Made by a program: the position numbers and the translations under genes. A DNA stretch of 64,000 nt from positions 64,001 to 128,000 of the forward strand of contig CAVSGG010000008.1 in NCBI GenBank assembly GCA_963727455.1, read 5' to 3'. This DNA is from Candidatus Krumholzibacteriota bacterium (lineage in GTDB: Bacteria > Krumholzibacteriota > Krumholzibacteriia > JAJRXK01). The notes below the pieces were generated by a model. That model did no database searches. It saw only the letters and a program-made list of their open reading frames with translations, and was not told the origin of the DNA. Shown here in pieces: positions 9,001 to 18,163 of this stretch. Position 1 is the first letter of the stretch. Each line of letters starts with the position of its first letter.

Positions 9001-12000
9001 AGCCGTGAAATCGGCCCCCGCCACCGTCCCCGTGACGCGCGCTATGAAGCGGTATGTTCCAGGTGGAGTGGCAGTGCCCACTCTGACTCGCGAGCTCAAA
9101 TCATTCTGACCCCCGGCTGCGACCGTTCCGAGGGGATCCTGATCGACCAGTGTGAAGTCCGCCGGCGGTGAAGACTGCAGCGCGAGTTGCGAAATTCCGA
9201 TCGGACCCGCACCGAGGTTCTCCACCGTAACGCGAAGATTGAGAGTATCTCCGGGTACCGCCTGGGTTTCGTGAGCCACCGAGCGGATGACCAAGGCGCT
9301 GACCAGAAACGAGCCTTGAGGAAGCACGATGAAGCTCGTAACGGCTTGACCATGGATGTCCTGTCCGGCCAGTTGCAGCGTGGGTCGAAAAGAGCCCAGA
9401 GCGAAACTGGCGGGGAGGGTCGCCGTGCCGAAGCTGAGGGTTCGGCTCGACGAAGCCGGCACAGTCGTATCGCTGAGCAGGGAAGCGCTAAGGATTCCCC
9501 CCTGTCCGTCCTCGATCCTCAGCTGCGAGAGACCGGCGTCCAGAATCGCGTCGACGCCACCTTTGTTTTGGAGGGAGATGGTGAAGTTGAGATCCTGACC
9601 CGGCACCGCGGCCGCGGGAGCAAGAGTGCCGTCGATTGCAAGCGCTGCTGGCGCTGCAAAGATCGCATTCGCACTACCAGTTGCGGCTGCACTCGCGAAA
9701 CTGACGGTGACCGTGCCGGCAGTGAGAGGTGATGCCAGCCGGAGGTCCACCATTCCCGACTCGTCGCTCGCTCTCTGGACTCCGCTGCGCTGAAGATCGA
9801 AATCGTCGGAGATGATCCCACCCCCGGTCGCGCTCACGTCCACCGAAGTCCCCGTTGCCACCACGTTTCCGAATGCATCGCGAATCGGCCCCGCACTCAG
9901 GCGCGTCACCGAGAGCCCGTTTGCCGTGTTCTCGCTTGGATCCACCAGGGGCACTGGAATCGTTCCCGAAGCCGACGCGGGAACCACCAGAAGATTGTTC
10001 AGGCTGCCCGTGACGGCGGGAAGGGAGGCAAGGCTCACATCCACGGTCAAAGGTCCGGCCTGCAGAGCACTCAGTTCCACCGTGGCCTTTCCCGCCACCA
10101 GGGAAGCCGGCGAAGGCGTAACGCCTACCCCAGACGGTGTCGAATTGAAGACGAGCTGACCCGTCAGGTCCACAACGTTGCCGGCGGAGTCCTTGGCGAT
10201 GATCGTGAGGGTGTTCGGGTCTCCCGCGGTAAAGAGGGTATCGCTGATCGCGAGTTCGAGATGGTCCGCGGAACCGGGCAGAGCCTGCACCGTCCAACGA
10301 GCGGTCTCCAGCGCAGCGGGGTTGCCGTCCAGGATCGAAGCGCGCACCCGATGGTCTCCGCTGGTCGCCGAGAGATGAAGGTCGAAAGACAATTCCCCGT
10401 TGCTGTCGGTCGAAGCAAGACCGTCGTCCGGGGGTGCGGTGGGGTCTTCCAGGCTTGCGCCTGCGGGGGAAGCCAAGAGACTCAAGTGAACGGGAACCCC
10501 ACTCACCGCGTTGCCGTAGGCGTCGACGACACGCGCGAGGAGTGAGACCGTCGTTCCGGCGGGCGCGCTCTGGAGCGTGTCCCCTACAGCCCTAAGCTGG
10601 AAGGCAGTGCCGGACGCCACGCTGATCAAGGGACTCTGGGCGTTGATCGAGGGTTGTGATTTCAGACTGGCAGTGATGGAGAACTGCTCCACCAGCGTGT
10701 CCCGCGCGCTGGCCGAGAGAAGGCCCGCGTTCAGCGCTCCTTCGTCGGGAGTCAGGACCACTCCAGACCCGGTGGAGCTCAGCATTATGGAGTCCGCGGC
10801 CGCCAACACCTGGTTGCCTGCGGCATCGAGGGCAGTGATCGCAAGCGGGAGGTTCTGCCCCGCAGTCACATTCGTCTGCGAGGGGAACACACTGAGCGAG
10901 GCGATGGGACCAGCCACGGTCTGCACCACGAAAAGAACCGTCTCCCGTCCCACGGGATTTCCATCCAGGATTCCCACACGCAGACGCAGGGTTTGCACCG
11001 TCGAGTCCGTGAGGACCGTGAAGGTGGCCTGGCCGTTGCCGTCGCTGACGGTCGGGCCGACTTGGATCACTCCCCCCTCCAAGGACAAAACGTTCAACGC
11101 CTCGTTGCCTACCGCATTGCCGAAGGCGTCCAGTACCTGCACTCCGAGGTTGACGCTCGAGCCTGAAGTCACACCGGACAATGTATCCGCGCTCGTGCTC
11201 GCGAGTTCGTAGGCGCTGGCCGGGCCCACCGTCAAAGGCGGTCCCACGTACCCTTTCCCGTCCGCACTGAGCCGGATTCTGTAACTCCCAGAGGTATCAA
11301 TGCGTTGCAGAGAGGTCGAAAAAGTGCCCCGGGTAAGTTGGCCCTCACTGACCATGAGCGGGAGCGAAACCACCGTGGTGGTGTCCGCGCCATCGACGAG
11401 ATCGAAAGAGAAGCTATCGAGAGCGGCGCTCGCCACATTTCCGAAGGCATCGTACGCAGTTGCGCTCAAGCTGAAGGGCGTTCCCGCTGTCACGATCGCG
11501 GGATAGGCGAGCTGATAGTCGGCCACCATCGAGTTCGCCAGGATTTGTAGGCTCCCGCTATCTCCGTCCAGGAACGCCGCTGAATCGTCCGCGGTCAAAG
11601 CGTGAGTTCCGGCCACACTTCCCTGGTAATAGACCGTAGCCTGACCGTTGACCGGGAGGTTCAGTGTATCGAGGTACGGTCCGCCGCTCTGCGCAGAAAA
11701 GGCGAGACCGGTCGAGGGATCGGCGTGCACGATGACGGTAGCGGAGTTGGTGAAACTCGTATTGGAAAAGCTGTCCACCAGTGCCAGACCGAAGCTGCCC
11801 TCGACTCCCGCCTCGATGCCGCCCGTGGGCAGAGCGAGTTCAATCGCGCTCGCGCTTCCCACCACCGAGGTGTAGACGAGATCTTGAACCGCGGCTGAGG
11901 GAACTTGACTCGAGCTCGCGTCCAGAACGTCCTGGCGACCCGCCGCCGAAGGTGCGTGGTACATCACGTGGATTTGTCCGTCGACATCGGTCAGTCCACG

Positions 12001-14568
12001 CTGTGAAGCCAATCCGAGAGAATCCGTCTCTCCCACTCCGGAAAGTACCCCGTCGAGCAGGTCGCTGGAAAACACGGTGACCTCGACGCCAGCCACCGGG
12101 TTTCCGTAAGTGTCGGTGGCCAGGGCCGCGACCAGTTCCGAGCCGCCCACCACGAGATCGCGCGCGCCGTTGGGTTGCAGGACGAGTGAAACGGTCTGTC
12201 CGGCGGTAGCGACGGCGTTGAAGTTCAAGGGCGACGCGAAGGAAGTCTCCGCCGAGAGACTCTGTGGACCGGCCACCGTGCCCAATTCCCACAGATCACA
12301 GCTCGCGTAGCCCAGTGAATCACTGAGAGCTGCACTCTGATCACCCGGAGCGAGGGGATCCGTGTCGACACGTCCACCGTCGGTCGGAAGGAACTGGACG
12401 GAAGCGCCACTCACGGGATTGCCAAAGGCATCCAGCACGCGCGTTCTAAGCGCCAGCGCTAGGGCAGTTCCCACCGTGGCGCTCTGTCCGTCTCCCGAAA
12501 TCTCTTGCAGAACACTCGCGGGAGCGGCAAGAAACTCAAGATCCACCTCAGCTGAAGCCGATCCGTCACTGAGAGTGACACTCAGATCTTCCGCCAAGGT
12601 GTTCGTCAGCTGGAGCTCGACTCTTCCCGAGTCGGCCGGAGCGAAGACGTAGTCCGCCTCACCGGAGGGCAGAAGGCTCAGACTGCCAGCGCCGTTGCTC
12701 GCCCAGCTCAGATTGCTCCCGTCACCGATACTCGTGCTTGAAAGATGCATCGTGCCGCCGTAGCCGCTCACGCGGTTTCCCGATACATCCAGCGCATCCA
12801 CCTGAATAGCCAGGGCTGCACCCGCTGTTCCGACATTTCCCGCCGGAAGGTTCACCGTGAAATGGTCGAGCGGTCCGGGCACGAATTCCAAGTTCCGTTG
12901 GGGCCCCACCAATAGACCATCGAGGCTTGCCTGCGCAGTTCCCGCGCCGGCTGCAGTGGAACGCAGGCGCGCATGAAACTCTCCCAACGCATCACTGCTC
13001 GCGTCCAACTTGTCGAGCTGCCACGCAGCGGAGAGCGTGAAACCGATGCGGCTCGAGTCGATCCCCGCCACAGGATTCCCGAACGCGTCTTTCAGGCCCA
13101 ATAACAAGTCGATGGTATCGACTCCGTCTGCGACCGCGGATGCGTTGGCGGAGAGCGAGGTGGCAGAAGAATCCACGGCAGAGGCGGTGAATACGGCGAG
13201 GGGTTGGGCGCTGAGCGCCGCACCGCCGGCCGTTACGCTCACTGGCCTGGTGCCAGCGGTCGTCGAACGAAGCCGTGCCGCGAAAGTACCGTCCGTCGCG
13301 CTCGATCCACTCAGCTTCTCCACCGCGACCGCGCTGGCGCTGATCACGATCTGCGCGCTGTCCACCCCGGCCACGGCATTGTCGAAGGCATCTCGCAGAG
13401 TCGTCTGCAGAGTCGTGAAATCCGTACCATCCGCCAGCGCCGGCCCGCTGACCACGGCTGAGGAATGGTCGGGGTCCACGGGTCCCGCGCGGAAATCGAT
13501 GTCAAGAGTATCACTCAGTGCCACTCCACCTACGGTAACGGCGAGGCGACGTGAGGACGCGACAGTGGTGCGCAAGAGGGTCGTAAACGAGCCATCCAGG
13601 GCCGAACTTGCCGCCAATTTTTCCACGGACAGTCCATCTCCCAGTACCGTGAAGACAATTGCGGACGAGTCCACGCCCGAAACCGCGAGTCCTCCACCGT
13701 CGCGTAGAACGAGGTCCACCTGGATTGCATCCACACCGTCCGCTACTGCGCCCGGGCCGCCACTCAGGCTTGATTGTGTCGAGTCGATCGCTCGCGGCGT
13801 GAATTCGATCACTGGGTGATCGCTGAGCGTCGTTCCATCCACTGCCGCGTCCAGACTCCAAGAACCAGCCAGAAGCGTTCTGACCCGCAGGGGGAAGCTG
13901 CCCTCGGCTGCACTCGCCGCCGACGGCTTCTCCACCGTGAAAGCGGAAGCTGACAACGCGGCTGAAATTCGCGCACTGTCCACTCCTGCAATCGTGTTCC
14001 CAAAGGAGTCGCGCAGGACCAAAGTGACCGAGCTGAACGCGCTTCCGTCGGCCACAACCGGTGAAGTTGAACTCACCGAGCTCTGCTGTGAATCCACTGC
14101 AGCGGGAATCAAGGTGATCGAGGCCTGGTCGTAGCCCAAATCCGGAGAGCTGGTCGATCCATCGACCACCGTGAGTCCAACGGGAAGCGAAGTGACGTGG
14201 GTGGCGCGATACAGGAGATCCACTCCGGAGGAATCGGCGGCGATGCTGGCCGAACTCACCGCGGGCCCTCCCACGAAGCGATAGTAACTTCCGGAGGAAT
14301 TGTCGCTGAAGAGGTCGATTACCTGCGCAGCGGATACGGGCGAAGGATCGCCGGAGACATCCACACTGGAGACCCGAATGGGCAAGTACTCCCCCGCGAT
14401 GGCCGTGTCCGAGGCGGCCTGGATCACCAGGGCTGAGGGGGGTTGCACGGCCAGGGCCGTCCGAGGCAATAGCAGGCAGATGCACGCCGCGCTGAGGAGC
14501 AGGGAAACCCGTCCCAGTTGAGCGAGACGTTCGTGAATGCGCGTGAGTGGTCCCGGCATAGTGTTCAT
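6016..14568 (-). CDS. Giant (2850 aa) Ig-like/invasin (Big_1-type) repeat surface protein with C-terminal T9SS/FlgD-like sorting domain
   Basis: Signal peptide; many D.(F/Y)GN.V Big_1-type motifs; C-terminal YPNPF...IFDLLGKRVR...WDGRN...NGVYLCRV. Confidence 0.85.
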   Translation of the reverse strand: MNTMPGPLTRIHERLAQLGRVSLLLSAACICLLLPRTALAVQPPSALVIQAASDTAIAGEYLPIRVSSVDVSGDPSPVSAAQVIDLFSDNSSGSYYRFVGGPAVSSASIAADSSGVDLLYRATHVTSLPVGLTVVDGSTSSPDLGYDQASITLIPAAVDSQQSSVSSTSPVVADGSAFSSVTLVLRDSFGNTIAGVDSARISAALSASAFTVEKPSAASAAEGSFPLRVRTLLAGSWSLDAAVDGTTLSDHPVIEFTPRAIDSTQSSLSGGPGAVADGVDAIQVDLVLRDGGGLAVSGVDSSAIVFTVLGDGLSVEKLAASSALDGSFTTLLRTTVASSRRLAVTVGGVALSDTLDIDFRAGPVDPDHSSAVVSGPALADGTDFTTLQTTLRDAFDNAVAGVDSAQIVISASAVAVEKLSGSSATDGTFAARLRSTTAGTRPVSVTAGGAALSAQPLAVFTASAVDSSATSLSANASAVADGVDTIDLLLGLKDAFGNPVAGIDSSRIGFTLSAAWQLDKLDASSDALGEFHARLRSTAAGAGTAQASLDGLLVGPQRNLEFVPGPLDHFTVNLPAGNVGTAGAALAIQVDALDVSGNRVSGYGGTMHLSSTSIGDGSNLSWASNGAGSLSLLPSGEADYVFAPADSGRVELQLTNTLAEDLSVTLSDGSASAEVDLEFLAAPASVLQEISGDGQSATVGTALALALRTRVLDAFGNPVSGASVQFLPTDGGRVDTDPLAPGDQSAALSDSLGYASCDLWELGTVAGPQSLSAETSFASPLNFNAVATAGQTVSLVLQPNGARDLVVGGSELVAALATDTYGNPVAGVEVTVFSSDLLDGVLSGVGETDSLGLASQRGLTDVDGQIHVMYHAPSAAGRQDVLDASSSQVPSAAVQDLVYTSVVGSASAIELALPTGGIEAGVEGSFGLALVDSFSNTSFTNSATVIVHADPSTGLAFSAQSGGPYLDTLNLPVNGQATVYYQGSVAGTHALTADDSAAFLDGDSGSLQILANSMVADYQLAYPAIVTAGTPFSLSATAYDAFGNVASAALDSFSFDLVDGADTTTVVSLPLMVSEGQLTRGTFSTSLQRIDTSGSYRIRLSADGKGYVGPPLTVGPASAYELASTSADTLSGVTSGSSVNLGVQVLDAFGNAVGNEALNVLSLEGGVIQVGPTVSDGNGQATFTVLTDSTVQTLRLRVGILDGNPVGRETVLFVVQTVAGPIASLSVFPSQTNVTAGQNLPLAITALDAAGNQVLAAADSIMLSSTGSGVVLTPDEGALNAGLLSASARDTLVEQFSITASLKSQPSINAQSPLISVASGTAFQLRAVGDTLQSAPAGTTVSLLARVVDAYGNAVSGVPVHLSLLASPAGASLEDPTAPPDDGLASTDSNGELSFDLHLSATSGDHRVRASILDGNPAALETARWTVQALPGSADHLELAISDTLFTAGDPNTLTIIAKDSAGNVVDLTGQLVFNSTPSGVGVTPSPASLVAGKATVELSALQAGPLTVDVSLASLPAVTGSLNNLLVVPASASGTIPVPLVDPSENTANGLSVTRLSAGPIRDAFGNVVATGTSVDVSATGGGIISDDFDLQRSGVQRASDESGMVDLRLASPLTAGTVTVSFASAAATGSANAIFAAPAALAIDGTLAPAAAVPGQDLNFTISLQNKGGVDAILDAGLSQLRIEDGQGGILSASLLSDTTVPASSSRTLSFGTATLPASFALGSFRPTLQLAGQDIHGQAVTSFIVLPQGSFLVSALVIRSVAHETQAVPGDTLNLRVTVENLGAGPIGISQLALQSSPPADFTLVDQDPLGTVAAGGQNDLSSRVRVGTATPPGTYRFIARVTGTVAGADFTAPPDSSATPLLVSAASQLEFVDGSVSPSRIHYGADLLLKARVKNNGGATVSLNPATSLASFGGGLWSGALTTSLALAPGQEAELSFGPTPVDAALGSRSQDLQLHLEGTENSFAFSADLIGAGAITTETPANLALVPTPLEPASALRGSTVAFKLSLQNQGEAEIVLDPLATRFNFGEPQGTRIGAVLDPLGPSKLTTGSTQLAFSPLSLPSDLALGTPQGYLQVRGTQNGLPFSTDLALPDGTLSLFDPAGLRILSTVALNPSAPLTQVNTGQLIPVRVVVGNNAGEAIDSLTVRLGGSAVPASSAADILIPRLQSSEVDTLYFDTTVTTSPGPESLRVSIVRALSSTTQQEIIPQTPLDDLANLQVQQPVSLSFNAELVDSLDPLTMSVSPGQVISVRFALDENNSLQESGSWLPVQVDFSSLQGFTLDSQSTLPVQLDPSNPQATIQLVAPATAQTAELVAELSRVDLDVNDPDARPLTTASSQTLQVEVFGGVSFNSCGLSILSPQGAQDTVLSTGQTFTLQGEVDGPANLQQRSLELLLPPQLALVGGNARQEMVPGQTTVSWQLLCSSTPVSGLLLRTVAHATDVQSGSVLADTCASSALDIVEAAHAVPRLAILEPNSARDRGELPPGAVVELRGDFALSGSAQVLGPARLHLSVPSGFTILDGQPASVDLADPSDQFVWRVQGPMSLDLGVQKITLTAEQIPVDENSGLAAGESTAESTVALSILADPLRLTISDLSDTGPLIGSDRIYERLAMHLSNGHPEAVHFTQLELTLVDDAGQPFADPSSFLQTIQVRRTDGTGSWSATVGGNPVSIPVDLVIDSDTSAAFRVGAQAKSDAGYVSFRFAVDGGSASILDSGGFELSYALLDVEGGGHSLILAGHSVTAKASSELDAHSYPNPFVPSRQPATLSYSLPESGPVEIEIFDLLGKRVRQWSFANGSPETEPGIHDGDVLWDGRNGLGQEVRNGVYLCRVRAAGREIYFRIAVTR
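12875..14105 (-). repeat. Four tandem ~102-aa diverged invasin/Big_1 repeats within the giant protein
   Basis: Repeated unit VDS..SS......ADG.....L.L(R/K)D.FGN..AGVDS..I......VEKL...S..DG.F...LR.T.AG. Boundaries approximate. Confidence 0.8.
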
Positions 14569-14604
14569 CGCAACCCAAGTGTCTGTGGATCAAGAACTTG
14601 GAAA

Positions 14605-14619
14605 GCAATGACCGTGCCC
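14605..14619 (-). promoter_or_regulatory. Sigma54 (-24/-12) promoter for the giant-protein operon
   Basis: Minus-strand GGGCACGGTCATTGC(T) versus consensus TGGCACGN4TTGC, with exact GG-N10-GC spacing, ~36 nt upstream of the ATG at 14568. Confidence 0.75.
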
Positions 14620-14770
14620 GGAGCGCGGGAGGTGGAAACAGAATGTCAGGGGGTCTTCCAAGGGGCTCAGGCAAGGGAATCTGTACGATCCTCGGCCGCC
14701 GGCGCACAGGAACCGGCCGGCCCCGTCCCCAAAGGAGAGGGTCCTGGGACCAAAGCGGCGCAGCGGGTTC

Positions 14771-15295
14771 TCAAGATGCGTCTTGGCTGCCCAGCTCGTC
14801 CAGTTTGCGCATCCCCTCGAGCATCAGATAGTCGAGACTGACGTCGAGCAGGATGTCTTCGTTCTCGGGGTAGATCTGAGAGTAGAAGGCGAAGGTGCCT
14901 TCCTCGATCGTCACCAGTTGAAAGACGATTTCCTCGATCTGACTGCGCACGGCTTCTTTGAGCTGCTGGTCGGTGATCGAGCCCACCTCGACCAGGATGG
15001 TACCGATCCTCTTACCGCCGGCCAGCCCCGCCTTCATTTTGGCGCCTTCCAGTTGGGAGCGCTCCAGCAGCCCGCTGCGCACCAGGTAATCGCCCAGGCG
15101 TTCGGTCCGGGCATCCGTGCGCGCGTAGATCAATCGTCCCTGGTGGAAATAGACGCGGGCCCGTTGCTGCGAGCCGTGAAGCACCAGCTTCCCGGTGGCC
15201 TGCGCAAGGTGCAGGAGCTGAAAGATGTTCGCCACACCGAAGAGTTCGATTCGGCCCCGCAGATCCAAGATTCTCTCCCCCTGAACACGGCTCAA
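14771..15295 (-). CDS. DUF4388 (PatA-N-like) domain protein
   Basis: LRGRIELFGVANIFQLL...TGKL...VYFHQGRLIYA, RLGDYLV, RIGTILV, EGTFAF and LMLEGMRKLDE. Start uncertain. Confidence 0.85.
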   Translation of the reverse strand: MSRVQGERILDLRGRIELFGVANIFQLLHLAQATGKLVLHGSQQRARVYFHQGRLIYARTDARTERLGDYLVRSGLLERSQLEGAKMKAGLAGGKRIGTILVEVGSITDQQLKEAVRSQIEEIVFQLVTIEEGTFAFYSQIYPENEDILLDVSLDYLMLEGMRKLDELGSQDAS

Positions 15296-15331
15296 ATCCG
15301 CCCAGGATGGCGGACTTTGGACCGCCTTCGC

Positions 15332-17992
15332 TCAACCGGCGCTCCCGTTCTTTTCGAGAGCAGCCTGTGCGGCGGCCAACCGGGCAATCGGCACCCGGTA
15401 GGGAGAACAACTAACATAATCCAGGCCAACTCGATGGAAGAATGCCACCGAGTCGGGATCACCTCCATGCTCCCCACAAACTCCCAGTTTGAGACCCGGC
15501 TTCACTCGGCGCCCCTTCTCACAGGCCATCTTAACCAGCTGACCCACGCCCTTCTGGTCAAGGCTCTGGAAGGGATCCTTGGGGAGAATTCCCTGTCCGA
15601 CATAGCCCGGCAGGAAGGAGCCAGCGTCGTCCCGGCTGAAGCCAAAGCTCATCTGCGTGAGATCGTTGGTCCCAAAGGAGAAGAAGTCCGCCTCCTTTGC
15701 CACCGCGTCCGCGGTCAGAGCTGCGCGCGGAATCTCAATCATGGTTCCCACCAGGTATGTGAGTTCTTGTCCGCTGTCCGCGATCAGCTCGTCCGCCTTG
15801 GCGATAGCCTGCCCGCGTAGGATGCGCAGCTCCTCGTCGATTCCCACCAAGGGAATCATGATTTCGGGCTTGGGGGTTTTCCCCGCCTTTTGCACTTCTA
15901 GAGCGGCGCGGATGATCGCCTCCACCTGCATCAAGTAGATCTGGGGATAGCTGATCCCGAGGCGGCAACCCCGGTGCCCCAGCATCGGATTGAACTCCTG
16001 CAGCGAATCTACGATGCGGCGCATTTCATCGACATCCATGGAGAGTTCACGGGCCAGCCGCTCGATCTCTTCTTTCTCGTGCGGTAAGAATTCGTGCAGC
16101 GGCGGATCGAGCAGACGAATGGTGACGGGAAGACCGTCCATCGCCTCGAAGATTCCCTTGAAGTCCTCCATTTGGTAGGGGAGCAACTTGGCCAGCGCCT
16201 TCGCTCTCTGGTCGTCGTTCTGAGCCACGATCATTTCGCGTACCGCGCCGATCCGCTCTTCCCCGAAGAACATGTGCTCGGTGCGACAGAGTCCGATCCC
16301 CTCGGCTCCGAATTCGCGGGCGAGTTCGCTGTCGTGAGGGGTATCCGCGTTCGTGCGGACTCCGAGCCGACGGAATTCGTCAGCCCAAGCCATGAGTGTG
16401 CGAAAATTCTCGTCCTGCTTGGGAGGAAGAGTCGGGACCTCACCTTCGATCACTTCCCCCGAACTTCCGTCCAGAGTGATGATATCTCCGCGGTGGAAGA
16501 CCTTCCCCTTGACCTTCATGGTCCCCGCAGACTCCTCGAGTGATATCTCGCCGCAACCGGCGACGCAGCACTTCCCCATCCCCCTCGCCACGACGGCCGC
16601 GTGGCTGGTCATCCCACCTCGCTGAGTGAGGATGGCGCGCGCCGCAGCCATTCCTCGGATGTCCTCGGGGCTGGTCTCCTTGCGCACCAGAATGACCGCG
16701 CGCTTTTCGTCGGCGGCATCGACCGCTTCTTCCGCGCTGAACACCAATTCCCCGCTCGCGGCGCCGGGGCTGGCTGGCAGACCCTTGGCCAACACGGTAT
16801 AGCTCGCCGAGCTGTCCAGCATCGGATGAAGCAATTGATCGAGTTGGTCGGGAAGAACTCGCTGGACGGCAGTTTTCTTGTCGATGAACTTCTCCTGGAC
16901 CATCTCCACCGCGATTCTCACTGCCGCGGCTCCTGTGCGTTTACCGGAACGCACTTGCAGCATCCACAGACGGTTTCTCTGAATCGTGAATTCGATGTCC
17001 AGCATGTCCCGGTAGTGATCCTCTAGCTTGCGCACGATCTCCAGAAGCTCTTGGTAGATCTCGGGCATCAGTTCCTCGAGCGAACCGCTCTCACCCTTTC
17101 GCTTGGCGAGATGCTGCGGAGTGCGCACTCCGGCCACGACGTCCTCGCCTTGGGCGTTGGGCAGATACTCCCCGTAGAAAGTGTGCTCCCCCGTGGAGGG
17201 GTCCCGCGTGAATGCCACACCCGTGGCGCAGTCGTCCCCCATGTTCCCGAAGACCATCGACTGGACGCTCACCGCAGTACCCCATTCGTCGGGATAGCCG
17301 TGCATTGCGCGGTAGGCGATGGCGCGATCGTTGTTCCAGGAGCGAAATACGGCCGTGATGGCTTGCCACAACTGGTCCCAGGGATCTTGCGGGAAATCGC
17401 TCCCGTGCTCCCTGCGTACGATCTCTTTGTAACGCTCGATCAGCTCGCTCAAGTCCGCGGCATCGAGCTGGGTATCCTGCTCGACGCCCTTCTTCTCCTT
17501 GAGAGCGTCCAGGGTGTCCTCGAAATTGGAACTCTCGATGCCCAGGACCACGTTTCCGAACATCTGGATGAAACGGCGGTAGCTGTCGTTCGCGAAACGC
17601 GGGTTCTCCGTCGCCCGCGCCAGAGACTTTGCGGTTTCGTCGTTCAGACCCAGATTCAGCACCGTATCCATCATACCTGGCATCGAGACACGCGCACCCG
17701 ATCGGACCGAAACGAGGAGGGGGTTCTCGCTACCGCCGAAGCGGCTCGAGAGAATGGACTCCATGCGTGAAATTGCGGAGCGCACGAGTTCGTCCAGCTC
17801 AGACGGGAGAGACCGGTCCTTCGAGGCATAGTAGGAGGCGCAGACCTCCGTGCTGATCGTGAAGCCAGGGGGCACCGGGAGTCCCAGGTTGGTCATCTCG
17901 GCCAGGTTGGCGCCCTTTCCCCCCAGTAGATCCTTCAGTTGAGCATTTCCGTCCGCCTTGCCCTCACCGAAGAAATACAAGATCTGGCTCAC
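15332..17992 (-). CDS. ppdK: Pyruvate, phosphate dikinase
   Basis: LLGGKGANLAEM, SVRSGARVSMPGMMDT, GGMTSHAAVVAR (phospho-His) and FSFGTNDLTQ. GTG start with a GGAGG RBS. Confidence 0.97.
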   Translation of the reverse strand: MSQILYFFGEGKADGNAQLKDLLGGKGANLAEMTNLGLPVPPGFTISTEVCASYYASKDRSLPSELDELVRSAISRMESILSSRFGGSENPLLVSVRSGARVSMPGMMDTVLNLGLNDETAKSLARATENPRFANDSYRRFIQMFGNVVLGIESSNFEDTLDALKEKKGVEQDTQLDAADLSELIERYKEIVRREHGSDFPQDPWDQLWQAITAVFRSWNNDRAIAYRAMHGYPDEWGTAVSVQSMVFGNMGDDCATGVAFTRDPSTGEHTFYGEYLPNAQGEDVVAGVRTPQHLAKRKGESGSLEELMPEIYQELLEIVRKLEDHYRDMLDIEFTIQRNRLWMLQVRSGKRTGAAAVRIAVEMVQEKFIDKKTAVQRVLPDQLDQLLHPMLDSSASYTVLAKGLPASPGAASGELVFSAEEAVDAADEKRAVILVRKETSPEDIRGMAAARAILTQRGGMTSHAAVVARGMGKCCVAGCGEISLEESAGTMKVKGKVFHRGDIITLDGSSGEVIEGEVPTLPPKQDENFRTLMAWADEFRRLGVRTNADTPHDSELAREFGAEGIGLCRTEHMFFGEERIGAVREMIVAQNDDQRAKALAKLLPYQMEDFKGIFEAMDGLPVTIRLLDPPLHEFLPHEKEEIERLARELSMDVDEMRRIVDSLQEFNPMLGHRGCRLGISYPQIYLMQVEAIIRAALEVQKAGKTPKPEIMIPLVGIDEELRILRGQAIAKADELIADSGQELTYLVGTMIEIPRAALTADAVAKEADFFSFGTNDLTQMSFGFSRDDAGSFLPGYVGQGILPKDPFQSLDQKGVGQLVKMACEKGRRVKPGLKLGVCGEHGGDPDSVAFFHRVGLDYVSCSPYRVPIARLAAAQAALEKNGSAG

Positions 17993-18082
17993 TGCTCGTC
18001 CTCCCGGATTGATTCTCATCATTGCGGGCAAGATCGAGAGGAAGGCTCCTGCTCTCGGTGCCCATCGCGAAAAGTGCCAGCG

Positions 18083-18111
18083 ATGATAGGTTGCTGGTCG
18101 CGGAGTGTCAA
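18083..18111 (-). promoter_or_regulatory. Sigma70-type promoter of ppdK
   Basis: TTGACA-17 nt-TATCAT on the minus strand. Confidence 0.65.
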
Positions 18112-18163
18112 AGTCTTCGGCGGAAGCGAAGAGGAAGGAGTGAGAATTTCAGGACGCTTCCGA

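Noticed and set aside
12875-14105. CRISPR array or DNA tandem repeat
   Set aside because: The repeats are diverged ~300-bp coding modules with no identical short direct repeats or spacers.
17993-18031. N-terminal extensions in the ORF track (ppdK, glyQ, phoH, M23, porV, BNR protein, SpoIIE fusion)
   Set aside because: Downstream starts with an RBS, stop-start overlaps or signal peptides fit family N-termini better, so coordinates were trimmed.
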